From the NCBI GenBank assembly GCA_964402425.1, contig CAYOCD010000007.1, forward strand, positions 1,081-51,156: a stretch of 50,076 nucleotides of DNA. Direction: 5' to 3'. The DNA comes from an uncultured Gammaproteobacteria bacterium (lineage in GTDB: Bacteria; Patescibacteriota; Patescibacteriia; UBA9934; GWF2-40-263). A program made the translations under genes and the position numbers. The notes under the pieces were generated by a model that did no database searches, was not told where the DNA came from, and saw only the letters and a program-made list of their open reading frames with translations. Of this stretch, positions 30,880 to 40,951 are shown piece by piece (positions within the stretch are counted from its first letter, which is position 1; each line of letters opens with the position of its first letter).

Positions 30880-32379
30880 CTAAAATCCAGGAAAGTAATC
30901 TGTCTTAATCTGTTTTTGTGAAACCCCCATAGATTTCACAAGCTTTACATAATTTTCCACCATCATCGGCGGTCCGGAAAAATAAAAGACCCTCGAGAAA
31001 AAATCTGGCACTTCTTTTTCAATCATTTCACGTGTTATGTATCCACCCACCCCTTTCCAAGCAGGTGTTGGTTTCGCAGCAATATAACGCATAGACACAC
31101 CAACCTGATCCCCCCACTGCGTGAATTCATTTGTATAAGCAAAATCATTTTCTGTGTTTGCACAGTAAAAAAGATGTGCATCGATTTTTTGTTTCGTGTT
31201 TGCAAGCTCACGAATCATGCTGCGAAACGGTGTAACACCGATACCACCCGCAATCCAGACCATTTTTTGAGTGAGATCTTTTGGAAGCGTAAATGCTCCC
31301 GCAAGATGCGAGACAACAAGCGAATCTCCCGGCTTCATTTCAAATAAATGTTGTTTAAACGCACTTGCATGTGCACGATCAAGACGTACACCGAGATGGA
31401 TTTCTTCATCGGAAGGGGCGGATGCGATCGTAAAGTAACGGCGGTTTCCTCGACGATCTGGTTTTTTGAGTGGAAGGGTCCATTCAAGATATTGGCCAGC
31501 GCGAAAATGCAACTTGCGGTCAGGGGTAAAGGTGAAGTTACAAATCTGTTCAGTTTCACACGTCATGGATTTGAATTTTAATCGAACAACATCACGCGAA
31601 CTCACATAAAACGCAAAGATATTTCCAAAACAAAGAGCAAGCTCGGGTGTCATTGAAAGAAATCCGATCGAGAGCATGGAGGAAAACAACGCGCCAACCC
31701 CAGCCCCAAATACTATTTGATCACGTTTCATGGCAGGAGCTGTTCGTGGCTCTGTAAGCATGAGCGTTCCAAAAAAGGCAAGCGGCCAAGAAAGAAACAA
31801 AGACGAAATTGAAACTCCATGAAAAAGAGCAACAAGGATGGCTCCAACCATAAACGCACCAACTTCTTCGAACCGACGAATTTTGCGCACAACCATAAGC
31901 CCGAGCACAAAAACGAATGGAAATAATGACGGAGTCGCAATCCACCAAAGAACGCTTGTTGCACCAAAGAGACTCACAACAACAGCACTGATCGCAACGG
32001 GATTAAACACATGACGACGACCAATCGCAAAAACGTATTTGGATGCTTGAGCGATGACAGCGGCAAGAGCGAGCATGCCCATGTTGTACAAACTCGAGGC
32101 GTTTGGATCTAAGATAAAAAACAGGAGGAGAGCCGTGATGTATACAGATTCCAAATTCACGGCCGCTCGCGTCAGCTTTCCAAAAAACATGTTTGAAAAG
32201 TGCGATGAAATCATCAAAATAAAAAACGATGCGATCATCTGAAGAGGCGAATAAGCAATCCATCCAAACGCAGCAAATAAAACAGCAACACCTGCGAGGG
32301 TAAATAATCCATTCAGCATGAGGCTATACATGGTAATGCTGTTCAAAAAAACATCGAGACGTTTGAGAGGAAAGGCCAT
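30880..32379 (-). CDS. NqrB/RnfD-like membrane domain fused to an FNR-type FAD/NAD-binding oxidoreductase
   Basis: N-terminal TM region with HVFNP and MLTEPRTAP; C-terminal FRAGQY, RYFTIAS, IAGGIGVTPF, SGPPMMV. Confidence 0.85.
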   Translation of the reverse strand: MAFPLKRLDVFLNSITMYSLMLNGLFTLAGVAVLFAAFGWIAYSPLQMIASFFILMISSHFSNMFFGKLTRAAVNLESVYITALLLFFILDPNASSLYNMGMLALAAVIAQASKYVFAIGRRHVFNPVAISAVVVSLFGATSVLWWIATPSLFPFVFVLGLMVVRKIRRFEEVGAFMVGAILVALFHGVSISSLFLSWPLAFFGTLMLTEPRTAPAMKRDQIVFGAGVGALFSSMLSIGFLSMTPELALCFGNIFAFYVSSRDVVRLKFKSMTCETEQICNFTFTPDRKLHFRAGQYLEWTLPLKKPDRRGNRRYFTIASAPSDEEIHLGVRLDRAHASAFKQHLFEMKPGDSLVVSHLAGAFTLPKDLTQKMVWIAGGIGVTPFRSMIRELANTKQKIDAHLFYCANTENDFAYTNEFTQWGDQVGVSMRYIAAKPTPAWKGVGGYITREMIEKEVPDFFSRVFYFSGPPMMVENYVKLVKSMGVSQKQIKTDYFPGF

Positions 32380-32384
32380 AACGG

Positions 32385-33251
32385 TTAAGAGAATATTTCC
32401 GCATTAAATCCAGGTGATTTACGCATGGTCAAATCTGCATACACAATGAGATACTCGAAGGAAAACGATGTTTCAAGCATCTCTGGTTCGACGAAGAACA
32501 AACAGGTCGTGAGGGCGTCGGCGAGAAGCCCCGTTTTTGCGATCACCCACACGGCAGCGATATGTTTTGGAGATACGAGTTTGTATGGATCAAGAATGTG
32601 ATGAAACTGATTCCACGTGCGACGGTTCCCTGCTGATCCACAAATACTTTCATTTCCAATCTGTGCGACACCGATCGCTGAGGTAGAATCATTTGGGTGT
32701 TCAAGACCAACACGAATCTTTTTTTCTTCCGCATCTCTCTGCACAATATCACCGCCCGCATTGATCGTAAACGAAAGAATTCCTTGATCGAGCAACAGGT
32801 TGCCTACGATATCCACAAGATATCCTTTCCCTGCCGCGCCAACGTCGAGTAGAACAGGTTGCTTCATCGTAAGTCGAGGAAACATGTATTCAATCGCATC
32901 TTCCCACATTGGCGGCGCTTGTAATGTTTTTGTTTCAAGTGAATAGGTTGCATCGTATCCTGCGTCCGATAACAGGTTTCCGATCAGTGGCGTCACGGAT
33001 CCGTTCGTTAATTTATAGATTTTTTCGTACAGATCAAACATGGGCTTTGCGTCATCTGGTAAAACATACTCGCCCGCACACCTCGACATCTCCGCCACAA
33101 GAGAGTCGTTTCGAAAACGCGAATAATGTTTATCGTAAACCGCAATTCGATCCATGATCAATTTAAAAATATCCGATGTTAAACAATCGGATATTTTATC
33201 TTGAAGGGTGATGTTCCAGTGCGTTCCGATGGCTTCAAACTCCATAAACAT
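32385..33251 (-). CDS. apbE: FAD:protein FMN transferase
   Basis: FEAIGT, YSRFRNDS, DVGAAGKGY, NAGGD, HHILDP, ADALTT. Confidence 0.93.
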   Translation of the reverse strand: MFMEFEAIGTHWNITLQDKISDCLTSDIFKLIMDRIAVYDKHYSRFRNDSLVAEMSRCAGEYVLPDDAKPMFDLYEKIYKLTNGSVTPLIGNLLSDAGYDATYSLETKTLQAPPMWEDAIEYMFPRLTMKQPVLLDVGAAGKGYLVDIVGNLLLDQGILSFTINAGGDIVQRDAEEKKIRVGLEHPNDSTSAIGVAQIGNESICGSAGNRRTWNQFHHILDPYKLVSPKHIAAVWVIAKTGLLADALTTCLFFVEPEMLETSFSFEYLIVYADLTMRKSPGFNAEIFS

Positions 33252-33694
33252 TACGCCCCAGCTTCCAATTTAATCTTTTCAAGAGCGTTCATGAATCCGA
33301 TGGGAGTAAGAGACGAACCTGAAACTTCATTAAGATTGATTTCGCTGATCTTTTTTCCAACAACAACGTTCTCTACTCCAGAAATAAATCGTGTCTGCCA
33401 ATTTTTTGATGCAGGGTTTTCTGCTTTTGGTGTCACAACAACGCTTGTGATCAGATTTTCTTTCAAGGTAAGCGTGACATCAATAGATTCACTTCCTCCT
33501 GGAGAAGCATAATCTCCCAATGCACGGTATGTACCATCTTTAAACACTACCGCTGTTGTTTTTACCAACGATTGATCCTGGATTACGGCATGTTCTTCAC
33601 GCTCTGACATCATGAATGCAACGAGTCCACCAAGAAGAAGAATGATAATGATCAAGGTAACCCATTTTTGTGTTGGATTTTTCTGTTGCGACAT
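33251..33694 (-). CDS. membrane-anchored FMN-binding (flavinylated) protein
   Basis: N-terminal TM, KDGTY, VSGSSLT resembling the [S/T]GA[S/T] flavinylation motif; adjacent to apbE. Confidence 0.82.
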   Translation of the reverse strand: MSQQKNPTQKWVTLIIIILLLGGLVAFMMSEREEHAVIQDQSLVKTTAVVFKDGTYRALGDYASPGGSESIDVTLTLKENLITSVVVTPKAENPASKNWQTRFISGVENVVVGKKISEINLNEVSGSSLTPIGFMNALEKIKLEAGA

Positions 33695-33767
33695 AAAAAA
33701 TGAAAATAAGAGTAAAAACAGTATAACGATGAAAGAACTCTCTCGCAAGAGTTCCTATTTCTTTCCA

Positions 33768-36284
33768 TCAAAATCCAAACTTGCGATAAAAAATGCGTTT
33801 CCCTATTTCAACAACACACAAATAGACCACAACAATCCCTACAATCGACAACAACATCACAGGCGGAAGCGGAGAAAAATTGAGCCATGTTCCGATTGGA
33901 GTGTATGGAATAAGCCAACCGACAATCACACAGGCAAACGTACTCACAAACAGCCAGGTGCTTGGGCGGCTTTGCAAAAATGGAATCTTGCGCGTACGAA
34001 TGACATGCACGACAAGAGCTTGTGTTGCGAGTGACTCCATAAACCATGCGGTTTGAAACAAGGATTCATTTGCATGAAAGACATAAAAGAAAAGAAAAAA
34101 CGTTGCGAAATCAAACAGGGAACTCGTAAATCCAAATGTAAACATGAAATGTTTTAATCGCCCAAAATCCCATTTACGAGGCGTTTTAAGCCAATCATCA
34201 TCCACGCGATCAGAAGAAATGGTGAGTTGAGAAACATCGTAAATAAAATTATTCAACAAAATTTGGACAGGGAGCATGGGAAGAAACGGCAAGAAAAAAA
34301 CCGCCCCTAGAACTGAAAACATATTTCCAAAGTTCGAAGACAATCCCATCATGATGTACTTCATGGTGTTTCCAAATGATCGGCGCCCCTCCACAACTCC
34401 ACACACAATCGATTTCAATCCTTTTTGTGTGAGAATAATATCCGCAGATTCTTTTGCAACATCCACAGCCGTATTCACAGAGATTCCGACATCGGCTGTT
34501 TTAAGTGATGGCGCATCATTAATTCCATCCCCCATATATCCAACCACATGCCCGCCAGATCGAAGGGCGGTGATCACGCGATTTTTTTCATCCGGAGAAA
34601 AACGAGCAAAGATCGTTGTGTGTTCTGCACGCACACGAAGGGCATCATCCGTCATGGTTGAAATCTCAGACCCAAGCATCACTCCTTTTACATGAAGTCC
34701 GATATCTTCACATATTTTCTTTGTCACAAACTCATTGTCTCCTGTAATAATTTTAATTTCGATTCCATAGCACTCCAACTCAATCAAAACGGGTCGAACG
34801 TCTTTTTTTGCCGGATCAAAAAAGGAAACAAATCCAAGAAACATCAAATCGGATTCGTCTTCACTCGTATAGCGCTCCGCGTTTTTTATCTGTTGTTTGA
34901 TCGCAACGGCAAGCACACGAAATCCTTTTGCACTTTCTGTTTCATAATAGGTGTGCATCTGTGTGCGTACTTCTTCTGTAAGAAGACGCAAATCCTCTCC
35001 GTGTTGATATGTTGTACAGCGCGCCATGACTTCTTCTGGTGCCCCTTTTGTAATAAGCGTTCTTCCCTCTTCTCCAAGGACAACCACGCTCATGATTTTT
35101 CGTACAAAATCAAACGGAATTTCTTCTGCTTTTTGATAGGACGTCATCACAACATGATCAAACGCAAGAACCGCTTTATCGAGTGGATTTTTGACACCTG
35201 TTTGATAAAAACTGTTTAAATAGGTGTAAAGCAAAACTTGATCATTTTGTTTTCCAAACACATCTGTAAAATGAACGAGTTGGATTTCATCCTCTGTAAG
35301 CGTTCCGGTTTTGTCTGTGCAGAGAATATCCATGCTTCCAAAATTCGGCATGGCAGACAAACGTTTTACGATCACCCCATCTTTAGCCATACGCTCCGAT
35401 CCGCGTGCCATGGTGACAGACAAAATGATCGGAAGCAATTCAGGAGTCACTCCAACCGCGATTGCGACCGCAAACATGAACGACTGCAAAAGATCTCCGT
35501 GCACCAATGTCTGAAAAAAGAAAATGATCATCACCAGCACCAAAATAATTTTGGAAATAAAAAAACCGAAATGATCAATTCCGATTTCAAAATCACTTTT
35601 TTCTTGTTTACGCAAAAGGGTTTCGGCAATTTTTCCAAACTCTGTTTGACTTCCAATCGCAAACACAATCGCACGTGCGGTTCCACTCACAACAGACGAA
35701 CCCAAAAACAAAACTCGACTTGCAGAATCGTTTGAACCACCACACGGAAACTTTTCTTTTGGAAATGATTCTCCTGTAAGCGCAGACTGATTCACAAAAA
35801 AATCATCTGCTTCAATCACAATCGCGTCAGCGGGAATCAAATCGCCAGAACTTAAAAAGAGGATATCTCCCACACACACTTTTTCCATTGTAAGTTCTTT
35901 TTTTTCTCCGGAACGAATAACAGTTGCTGTTGCACGTACGTTTTCTTTTAATTTTTTTGCCGCATTTCCCGCACTGTGTTCCTCAAAAAAATCCAAACAC
36001 ACACTCGCAAGAATCATGACAAAAACAATGAGCGAATTGATGACTTGTCCAAAATAAAATGACACCGCAGCTGCAGCTGCCAGAATCAAGATGAGTGGAT
36101 TTTTGAATTGTGAAAGAAATTCCAAAATGATTCCAACTTCTTTCTTGTCCGAAATAGCGTTTGGTCCGTCAACCATGTGTCGGCGTGCAGCCTCCTTATC
36201 TGTGAGTCCATTTTCCGACGAACGTAAATCAGAAAACAATTGTTCTTTTGAACAATTGGAAAACCATTCTGAGTGCTGTGACAT
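33768..36284 (-). CDS. mgtA: Mg2+-translocating P-type ATPase
   Basis: TGES, PELLP, DKTGT, KGAPEE, GDGIND, SSNFGN, WFMESL. Confidence 0.92.
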   Translation of the reverse strand: MSQHSEWFSNCSKEQLFSDLRSSENGLTDKEAARRHMVDGPNAISDKKEVGIILEFLSQFKNPLILILAAAAAVSFYFGQVINSLIVFVMILASVCLDFFEEHSAGNAAKKLKENVRATATVIRSGEKKELTMEKVCVGDILFLSSGDLIPADAIVIEADDFFVNQSALTGESFPKEKFPCGGSNDSASRVLFLGSSVVSGTARAIVFAIGSQTEFGKIAETLLRKQEKSDFEIGIDHFGFFISKIILVLVMIIFFFQTLVHGDLLQSFMFAVAIAVGVTPELLPIILSVTMARGSERMAKDGVIVKRLSAMPNFGSMDILCTDKTGTLTEDEIQLVHFTDVFGKQNDQVLLYTYLNSFYQTGVKNPLDKAVLAFDHVVMTSYQKAEEIPFDFVRKIMSVVVLGEEGRTLITKGAPEEVMARCTTYQHGEDLRLLTEEVRTQMHTYYETESAKGFRVLAVAIKQQIKNAERYTSEDESDLMFLGFVSFFDPAKKDVRPVLIELECYGIEIKIITGDNEFVTKKICEDIGLHVKGVMLGSEISTMTDDALRVRAEHTTIFARFSPDEKNRVITALRSGGHVVGYMGDGINDAPSLKTADVGISVNTAVDVAKESADIILTQKGLKSIVCGVVEGRRSFGNTMKYIMMGLSSNFGNMFSVLGAVFFLPFLPMLPVQILLNNFIYDVSQLTISSDRVDDDWLKTPRKWDFGRLKHFMFTFGFTSSLFDFATFFLFFYVFHANESLFQTAWFMESLATQALVVHVIRTRKIPFLQSRPSTWLFVSTFACVIVGWLIPYTPIGTWLNFSPLPPVMLLSIVGIVVVYLCVVEIGKRIFYRKFGF

Positions 36285-36287
36285 AGA

Positions 36288-37535
36288 TTAACAATTCTCC
36301 CCGGCAAGAAATCCTGTTGTCCAGCAAAGCTGAAGGGAAAATCCTCCGGATGGGCGGCGGATGTGTAAAAGATCGCCCGTTACATACAGATTATCATATT
36401 TCTTGGTTCTCATGGACTTTGCATCGATCTCTGACACAGACAATCCCCCGTCTGACACAATCGCCATGTCATTTCCCATGAGGCCTTCGACCGTGATCGT
36501 GAGCGACTTCATTATTTGGATGAGCGTTTTACGATCTTCTTTTTTTAAGCTGTGTACTTTCACCATCGGATCGATCGATTTCACCTGTGCCAAGATGGCG
36601 TCCGACATTCCATCTGGCGCAAATGCTTTAAACACATTTTTGAGCGATTTATTTTTGTTCGCATCAAAAAACTCAATAAGTTGTGTATCGAGTGCACCAT
36701 GATCCGTATCGGGAAATGCATCAACAAGTGCCGTCACTTCTCCTTCATGCAACGCGTCTGCAATTTTTGATGATGCGTTTAAGATCGTCGGACCAGAAAG
36801 TCCAAAGTGTGTGAACAGAATGCGACCTTTCAGAACAAACGATCGCATACCATCCACAAAAAACGTGACGCGCGCAGGATCGAGCGAGATTCCGGACAAT
36901 TTCTTCACCCATTTTTCTGTTACCGCAATCGGCACAAGCGTTGGTGTTGGATTTTGCACCTCAAATCCAAGATCTTTAAGCCATTTAAATCCGTCGCCCG
37001 TCGATCCTGTCTCTGGATGAGAGACGCCGCCCGTTGCGAGGATGAACGAATCGGCTGTGTATGCGGTTTTTCCAACAAAGACTTTTTCGATACGGCCGTC
37101 TGTTCCGACAATCTTTGATACGGGAGAATTTGTTTTTATTTCAACATTCCCATCTGCCAAATATTTCTCAAGCACCAAAAAAACATCAAACGCTTTTTGC
37201 GTTTTTGGGAATGCGCGTTTGTGCGCTTCAACAACGAGCGGGAGGCCACGAGACGTAAAAAATTCAAACGTTTGCTTCACGCCAAAAATAGAAAAAGGTG
37301 AATACAAAAATTTCTCAGCCGCACCGTAATGTGGAAGTAAGACGTGAGAATCTTCTTCTGCATTTGTAATGTTGCATCGGCCGCCGCCCGAGATTTTAAG
37401 CTTTTCGCCGAGTTTTTTGTTCTTTTCGAGCAACAGAACCTTTTTACCTCGAGATGCTGCGCGGCCGGCCGCCATCATTCCGGAAGCGCCACCACCGATG
37501 ACGATCACGTCGTATGTGTATTTTGTTGTAGACAT
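36288..37535 (-). CDS. HI0933/YhiN (BaiN-like) flavoprotein
   Basis: GGGASG, SGGGRCNITN, ATGG..GSTGDG, FTHFGLSGP, GGFSLQ. Confidence 0.92.
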   Translation of the reverse strand: MSTTKYTYDVIVIGGGASGMMAAGRAASRGKKVLLLEKNKKLGEKLKISGGGRCNITNAEEDSHVLLPHYGAAEKFLYSPFSIFGVKQTFEFFTSRGLPLVVEAHKRAFPKTQKAFDVFLVLEKYLADGNVEIKTNSPVSKIVGTDGRIEKVFVGKTAYTADSFILATGGVSHPETGSTGDGFKWLKDLGFEVQNPTPTLVPIAVTEKWVKKLSGISLDPARVTFFVDGMRSFVLKGRILFTHFGLSGPTILNASSKIADALHEGEVTALVDAFPDTDHGALDTQLIEFFDANKNKSLKNVFKAFAPDGMSDAILAQVKSIDPMVKVHSLKKEDRKTLIQIMKSLTITVEGLMGNDMAIVSDGGLSVSEIDAKSMRTKKYDNLYVTGDLLHIRRPSGGFSLQLCWTTGFLAGENC

Positions 37536-37588
37536 AAAGTGTTCACACATATGATCAGGCAAAACGGCTTAGGGCGCAAGCGGATCGG

Positions 37589-37617
37589 TTGACAAATAGT
37601 ACAAAATCACCTATACT
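37589..37617 (+). promoter_or_regulatory. sigma70 promoter
   Basis: TTGACA-17 bp-TATACT, then hairpins and an AAGGAG RBS. Confidence 0.7.
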
Positions 37618-37664
37618 CTCGGGTCGTTTGACTGCCCGATTGACTGGGCAAAGGAGAATGACAC

Positions 37665-38207
37665 ATGAAGCGATCGTTTCTGTTTGCTTGTCTCATCGCA
37701 TGCCTGTTCTCGTCCCTTGCATTTGCGGGAACGAACAAGCCCATGCGGCCCGCACGCAACATCACCAATGCGAATCTGTACAAGATCGTCTGGCGCTGCA
37801 CCTTCACGGTGACGTCGGAACCGAAGACGAACATGTCTTGTCTCCCCGGGAAGTTCAACAACACCCGGACGTTTATTCGCATTCCGATCAAAGCGGAACA
37901 TCGAACAATCACAAACAAGGCAACGCAATTCGTGACCGGCATATACGGAAACGAAACGTATCCGTATACAAACACCAAATCGAAAAAGCCTGTTTCACGA
38001 CCAGATCGCTGTGAATTCGAACTCACCCATGGCGAAACAGCAGATCCTGGCGACACGGCCGTCATCCGCGCCCATTCCGGTATCTGTCCACTCCTCAGTC
38101 CGTCCGAACAATTTCTGTTTCAAGATCGACTTCTTGGTGGACTTGATCTCATCATCTATGAAGGCGGCGACATCCCCGGCAATCTTACAGAAAACAACAG
38201 CAACTAA
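37665..38207 (+). CDS. secreted hypothetical protein
   Basis: Signal peptide ending LAFA, AAGGAG RBS, four Cys in the mature part. Confidence 0.7.
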   Translation: MKRSFLFACLIACLFSSLAFAGTNKPMRPARNITNANLYKIVWRCTFTVTSEPKTNMSCLPGKFNNTRTFIRIPIKAEHRTITNKATQFVTGIYGNETYPYTNTKSKKPVSRPDRCEFELTHGETADPGDTAVIRAHSGICPLLSPSEQFLFQDRLLGGLDLIIYEGGDIPGNLTENNSN

Positions 38208-38360
38208 ACACATACCCTTCAGACACTCTGGGGTATTTTTTTATAGCCATACAGCTTAAACATGCGCAAATGAAGGTTTTTTTGAGTATAGGAAAGAAAA
38301 ACATCCTTTGTGTTGTATTAGAAGGAGGAAAGGTCGAAATAATACATTTATCATATCAAT

Positions 38361-38741
38361 ATGAACAAACTATTTTTAGGTGCAGGAGTTTTTGCCTTGT
38401 TATTAGGAACGATTGGTGTTACTACCAACACAGCATTTGCTTACAAAGGCGACCCTTCCGTAAAAGGGCCAAATTATTCCGTTGAACGACACGAGGCAAT
38501 AGAAAAAGCATTTGAAAACAAAGACTACGCTTCTTGGAAGCAACTCATGAAAGACAAAGGAAGGGTTACACAACTCATTACAGAAGAAAATTTTGATGCA
38601 TTCATCAAATCACACGAACTCGCAGAACAAGGAAAATTAGAGGAAGCACAAAAAATTCGTCAGGAACTTGGTCTACATATGCAAAACGGCAGAGGACAAA
38701 AACAAGGAAAAAATTCCATGAACAGAAACTGTAATCACTAG
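38361..38741 (+). CDS. secreted helical hypothetical protein
   Basis: Signal peptide ending AFA; DYASWK...ITEENF...RQELGL. Confidence 0.75.
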   Translation: MNKLFLGAGVFALLLGTIGVTTNTAFAYKGDPSVKGPNYSVERHEAIEKAFENKDYASWKQLMKDKGRVTQLITEENFDAFIKSHELAEQGKLEEAQKIRQELGLHMQNGRGQKQGKNSMNRNCNH

Positions 38742-38817
38742 GGAGTTTACAGGAAACACACAAGAGACTAAAAAAATATTTTGTGTGTTTCCTGTTGTTT
38801 TTTGCTAGAATTATTCT

Positions 38818-39360
38818 ATGCACGATATTGAATCGAGTACAGATGAAGAGCTTATTCAAGAAATCCGATCGAAAGATCAGGAGCTTTATGTTGTCATCGT
38901 CGAACGATATCAAAAAAAACTATTACGATACGCTTACCAATTCGTGAAAAATGAACACAAAGCAATGGATATCGTACAAGAATCTTTCATTAAAGCGTTT
39001 ATTCAACTTCATCGCTTTGATACGAAAAAAAAATTCTCAAGCTGGATCTATCGCATCGTACACAACCAAGCGATGAATTGCTTGAAACAATACCGAAAAG
39101 AAATTCCCATTCCCCCCGGTGTTGATTTTCAAAGCCATGAAGAAATTGAACATGATTTTGAACAAAAAAAACAAAAAGAGATGCTCGAAACGTGCTTGGG
39201 GGAGATCCCCATCCTCTATGCCGAACCTCTTGCTTTGCGATATTTAGAGGAAAAATCCTATACAGAAATAAGCGACATCCTTAGAATACCCATGGGGACG
39301 GTCGCAACACGCATAAAACGAGCACACATTCTACTGAAACATGTATGCCAAAAGAAATAA
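38818..39360 (+). CDS. ECF RNA polymerase sigma factor
   Basis: DIVQESFIKAF, FSSWIYRI, SYTEISDIL..PMGTVATRIKRA. Confidence 0.93.
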   Translation: MHDIESSTDEELIQEIRSKDQELYVVIVERYQKKLLRYAYQFVKNEHKAMDIVQESFIKAFIQLHRFDTKKKFSSWIYRIVHNQAMNCLKQYRKEIPIPPGVDFQSHEEIEHDFEQKKQKEMLETCLGEIPILYAEPLALRYLEEKSYTEISDILRIPMGTVATRIKRAHILLKHVCQKK

Positions 39361-39836
39361 GCACCATAGCAAATACCGTGATGGACAGAATCCATCATGA
39401 AAAAATAAAAATGCGTCCAAAGATATTTTATCTTTTTGGATCCTTCTTATTGTTTATCGGATTTGTGGCTTCCATCCTTACATCTATTTTTCTTTTTGGT
39501 TTAATACGATTTTCTCTGCGCATGCACGGACCAATGGGTGAATACCGATTTGCAAACATGATTTCGTCTTTTCCTTGGTGGGCTGTTTTTACAGCGCTCA
39601 TTGGACTCATTGTTGGAATCTGGTTACTTCGTAAATTTGATTTTTCCTATCGACTCAACAAACATGTTGTGATTATAGGATTTGTTACAGCCATCATTCT
39701 TGCTGGGTGGCTCGTTGATCTTTTGGGATTTAATACGATTCTTTTTCGCAGGAAACATTTTCAAAGAATGCTGCCCCCAACACTTCAAGAAGGACCTCCA
39801 CCCTATTTATTTCATCAGACCCGTTTTAATAAATAG
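39345..39836 (+). CDS. membrane protein, putative anti-sigma factor
   Basis: Overlaps the sigma gene end; three TM segments. Confidence 0.65.
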   Translation: MPKEISTIANTVMDRIHHEKIKMRPKIFYLFGSFLLFIGFVASILTSIFLFGLIRFSLRMHGPMGEYRFANMISSFPWWAVFTALIGLIVGIWLLRKFDFSYRLNKHVVIIGFVTAIILAGWLVDLLGFNTILFRRKHFQRMLPPTLQEGPPPYLFHQTRFNK

Positions 39837-39876
39837 AAATAAAAAACATGCAAAATTCTTTGCATGTTTTTTATTT

Positions 39877-40881
39877 CTACACATGAAACTCATTGTCCTT
39901 ATAAACAACCTCGTTATCAATCATCATCTTTTCTAAATCAACGAACACATCCACGTGATATCTTCCTTTCTTTCTATGTAATCCAGGCTTTGCGTAAATG
40001 GTATGTTTTGCGCCAAGTGATAAGTGCATGCCATGTTGTCGTTCAAACGCCGTAATATCGTAAACAATAACATCTTTTCCCATAGCACGATTGAGTCCGA
40101 GTCCAAGTTCTCGCACAACCACATCTTCATCTTCACGAATACGATCAAGAATATCTTTAAAGTCTTGTGGGGCGTCCGGTGCGGTAAGGATTCCGTTTTT
40201 AACAATCGCTTTAAATGGCTCAACAATCTGAATGTAATGATCTTGGTTTGCGTAACCAAAAATCATCACTTCTCCATTTACGTTCGTCAAATCTTGTGCC
40301 TCTGTAAACACTTCTCCGATTGGAAAGGTTCCTCCCACATTTTTCATTCCTGTGTAATCTCCAATATTCAACTTTGTTGGTTCCATGCCTGTGTCATACG
40401 TGAGGATGGTGCCAGGACACTCCACAACAACTTTCGAGCACGTATCGAGACGTTTTTTTAAGCCGTGTCCTGTTGTGTGAAAAAACGCTTTTTCATACGC
40501 GAGAGCTTCAATATACACCGGGAACTGAGGTTCTTGAATGCGCGCAAGATGCACATGCTCAATTGTCTTAAGTCCGCGTGCGAACAATTCAATACGAATA
40601 CGAAATTCGTTCAAACGAAAATTCATGGATTGAACAAGCACAACCAAATCACCCGGCTTAAGTGATCGCATTTTTAGGATTACTTCCTCTGGAGTCACAG
40701 ACTCAAAATCCAAAAACTCCCCATCCGGAAGTGCTTCACGATATCCATCTGTAACAATCTTTGTAAGTGGAGCAATCGTGTCATAAATCACAAGCGCATG
40801 TTCACTTGGTTTACGCTGAATCGCATCATTTACGATGTCTGTGAGATGTTTTGCTGCTTGATTTTGGAGATGCATTGACAT
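39877..40881 (-). CDS. M29/aminopeptidase T-like metallopeptidase
   Basis: FPIGEVFT, RELGLGLN, FERQHGMHLSLG, YHVDVF. Confidence 0.7.
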   Translation of the reverse strand: MSMHLQNQAAKHLTDIVNDAIQRKPSEHALVIYDTIAPLTKIVTDGYREALPDGEFLDFESVTPEEVILKMRSLKPGDLVVLVQSMNFRLNEFRIRIELFARGLKTIEHVHLARIQEPQFPVYIEALAYEKAFFHTTGHGLKKRLDTCSKVVVECPGTILTYDTGMEPTKLNIGDYTGMKNVGGTFPIGEVFTEAQDLTNVNGEVMIFGYANQDHYIQIVEPFKAIVKNGILTAPDAPQDFKDILDRIREDEDVVVRELGLGLNRAMGKDVIVYDITAFERQHGMHLSLGAKHTIYAKPGLHRKKGRYHVDVFVDLEKMMIDNEVVYKDNEFHV

Positions 40882-40908
40882 ACAGATCGCATTCTATCTT
40901 TTTATAAA

Positions 40909-40937
40909 AAAAAGTCCAAGACAACCTTGGACTTTTT
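40909..40937 (-). terminator. terminator hairpin
   Basis: aaaaagtccaag-acaac-cttggacttttt. Confidence 0.7.
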
Positions 40938-40951
40938 GAAAAAATCTCTTG

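Noticed and set aside
37589-38065. Alternative overlapping ORFs (37589+, 37607-, 37611-)
   Set aside because: 37665..38207 has the promoter, RBS and signal peptide; the others are shadow ORFs in GC-richer DNA
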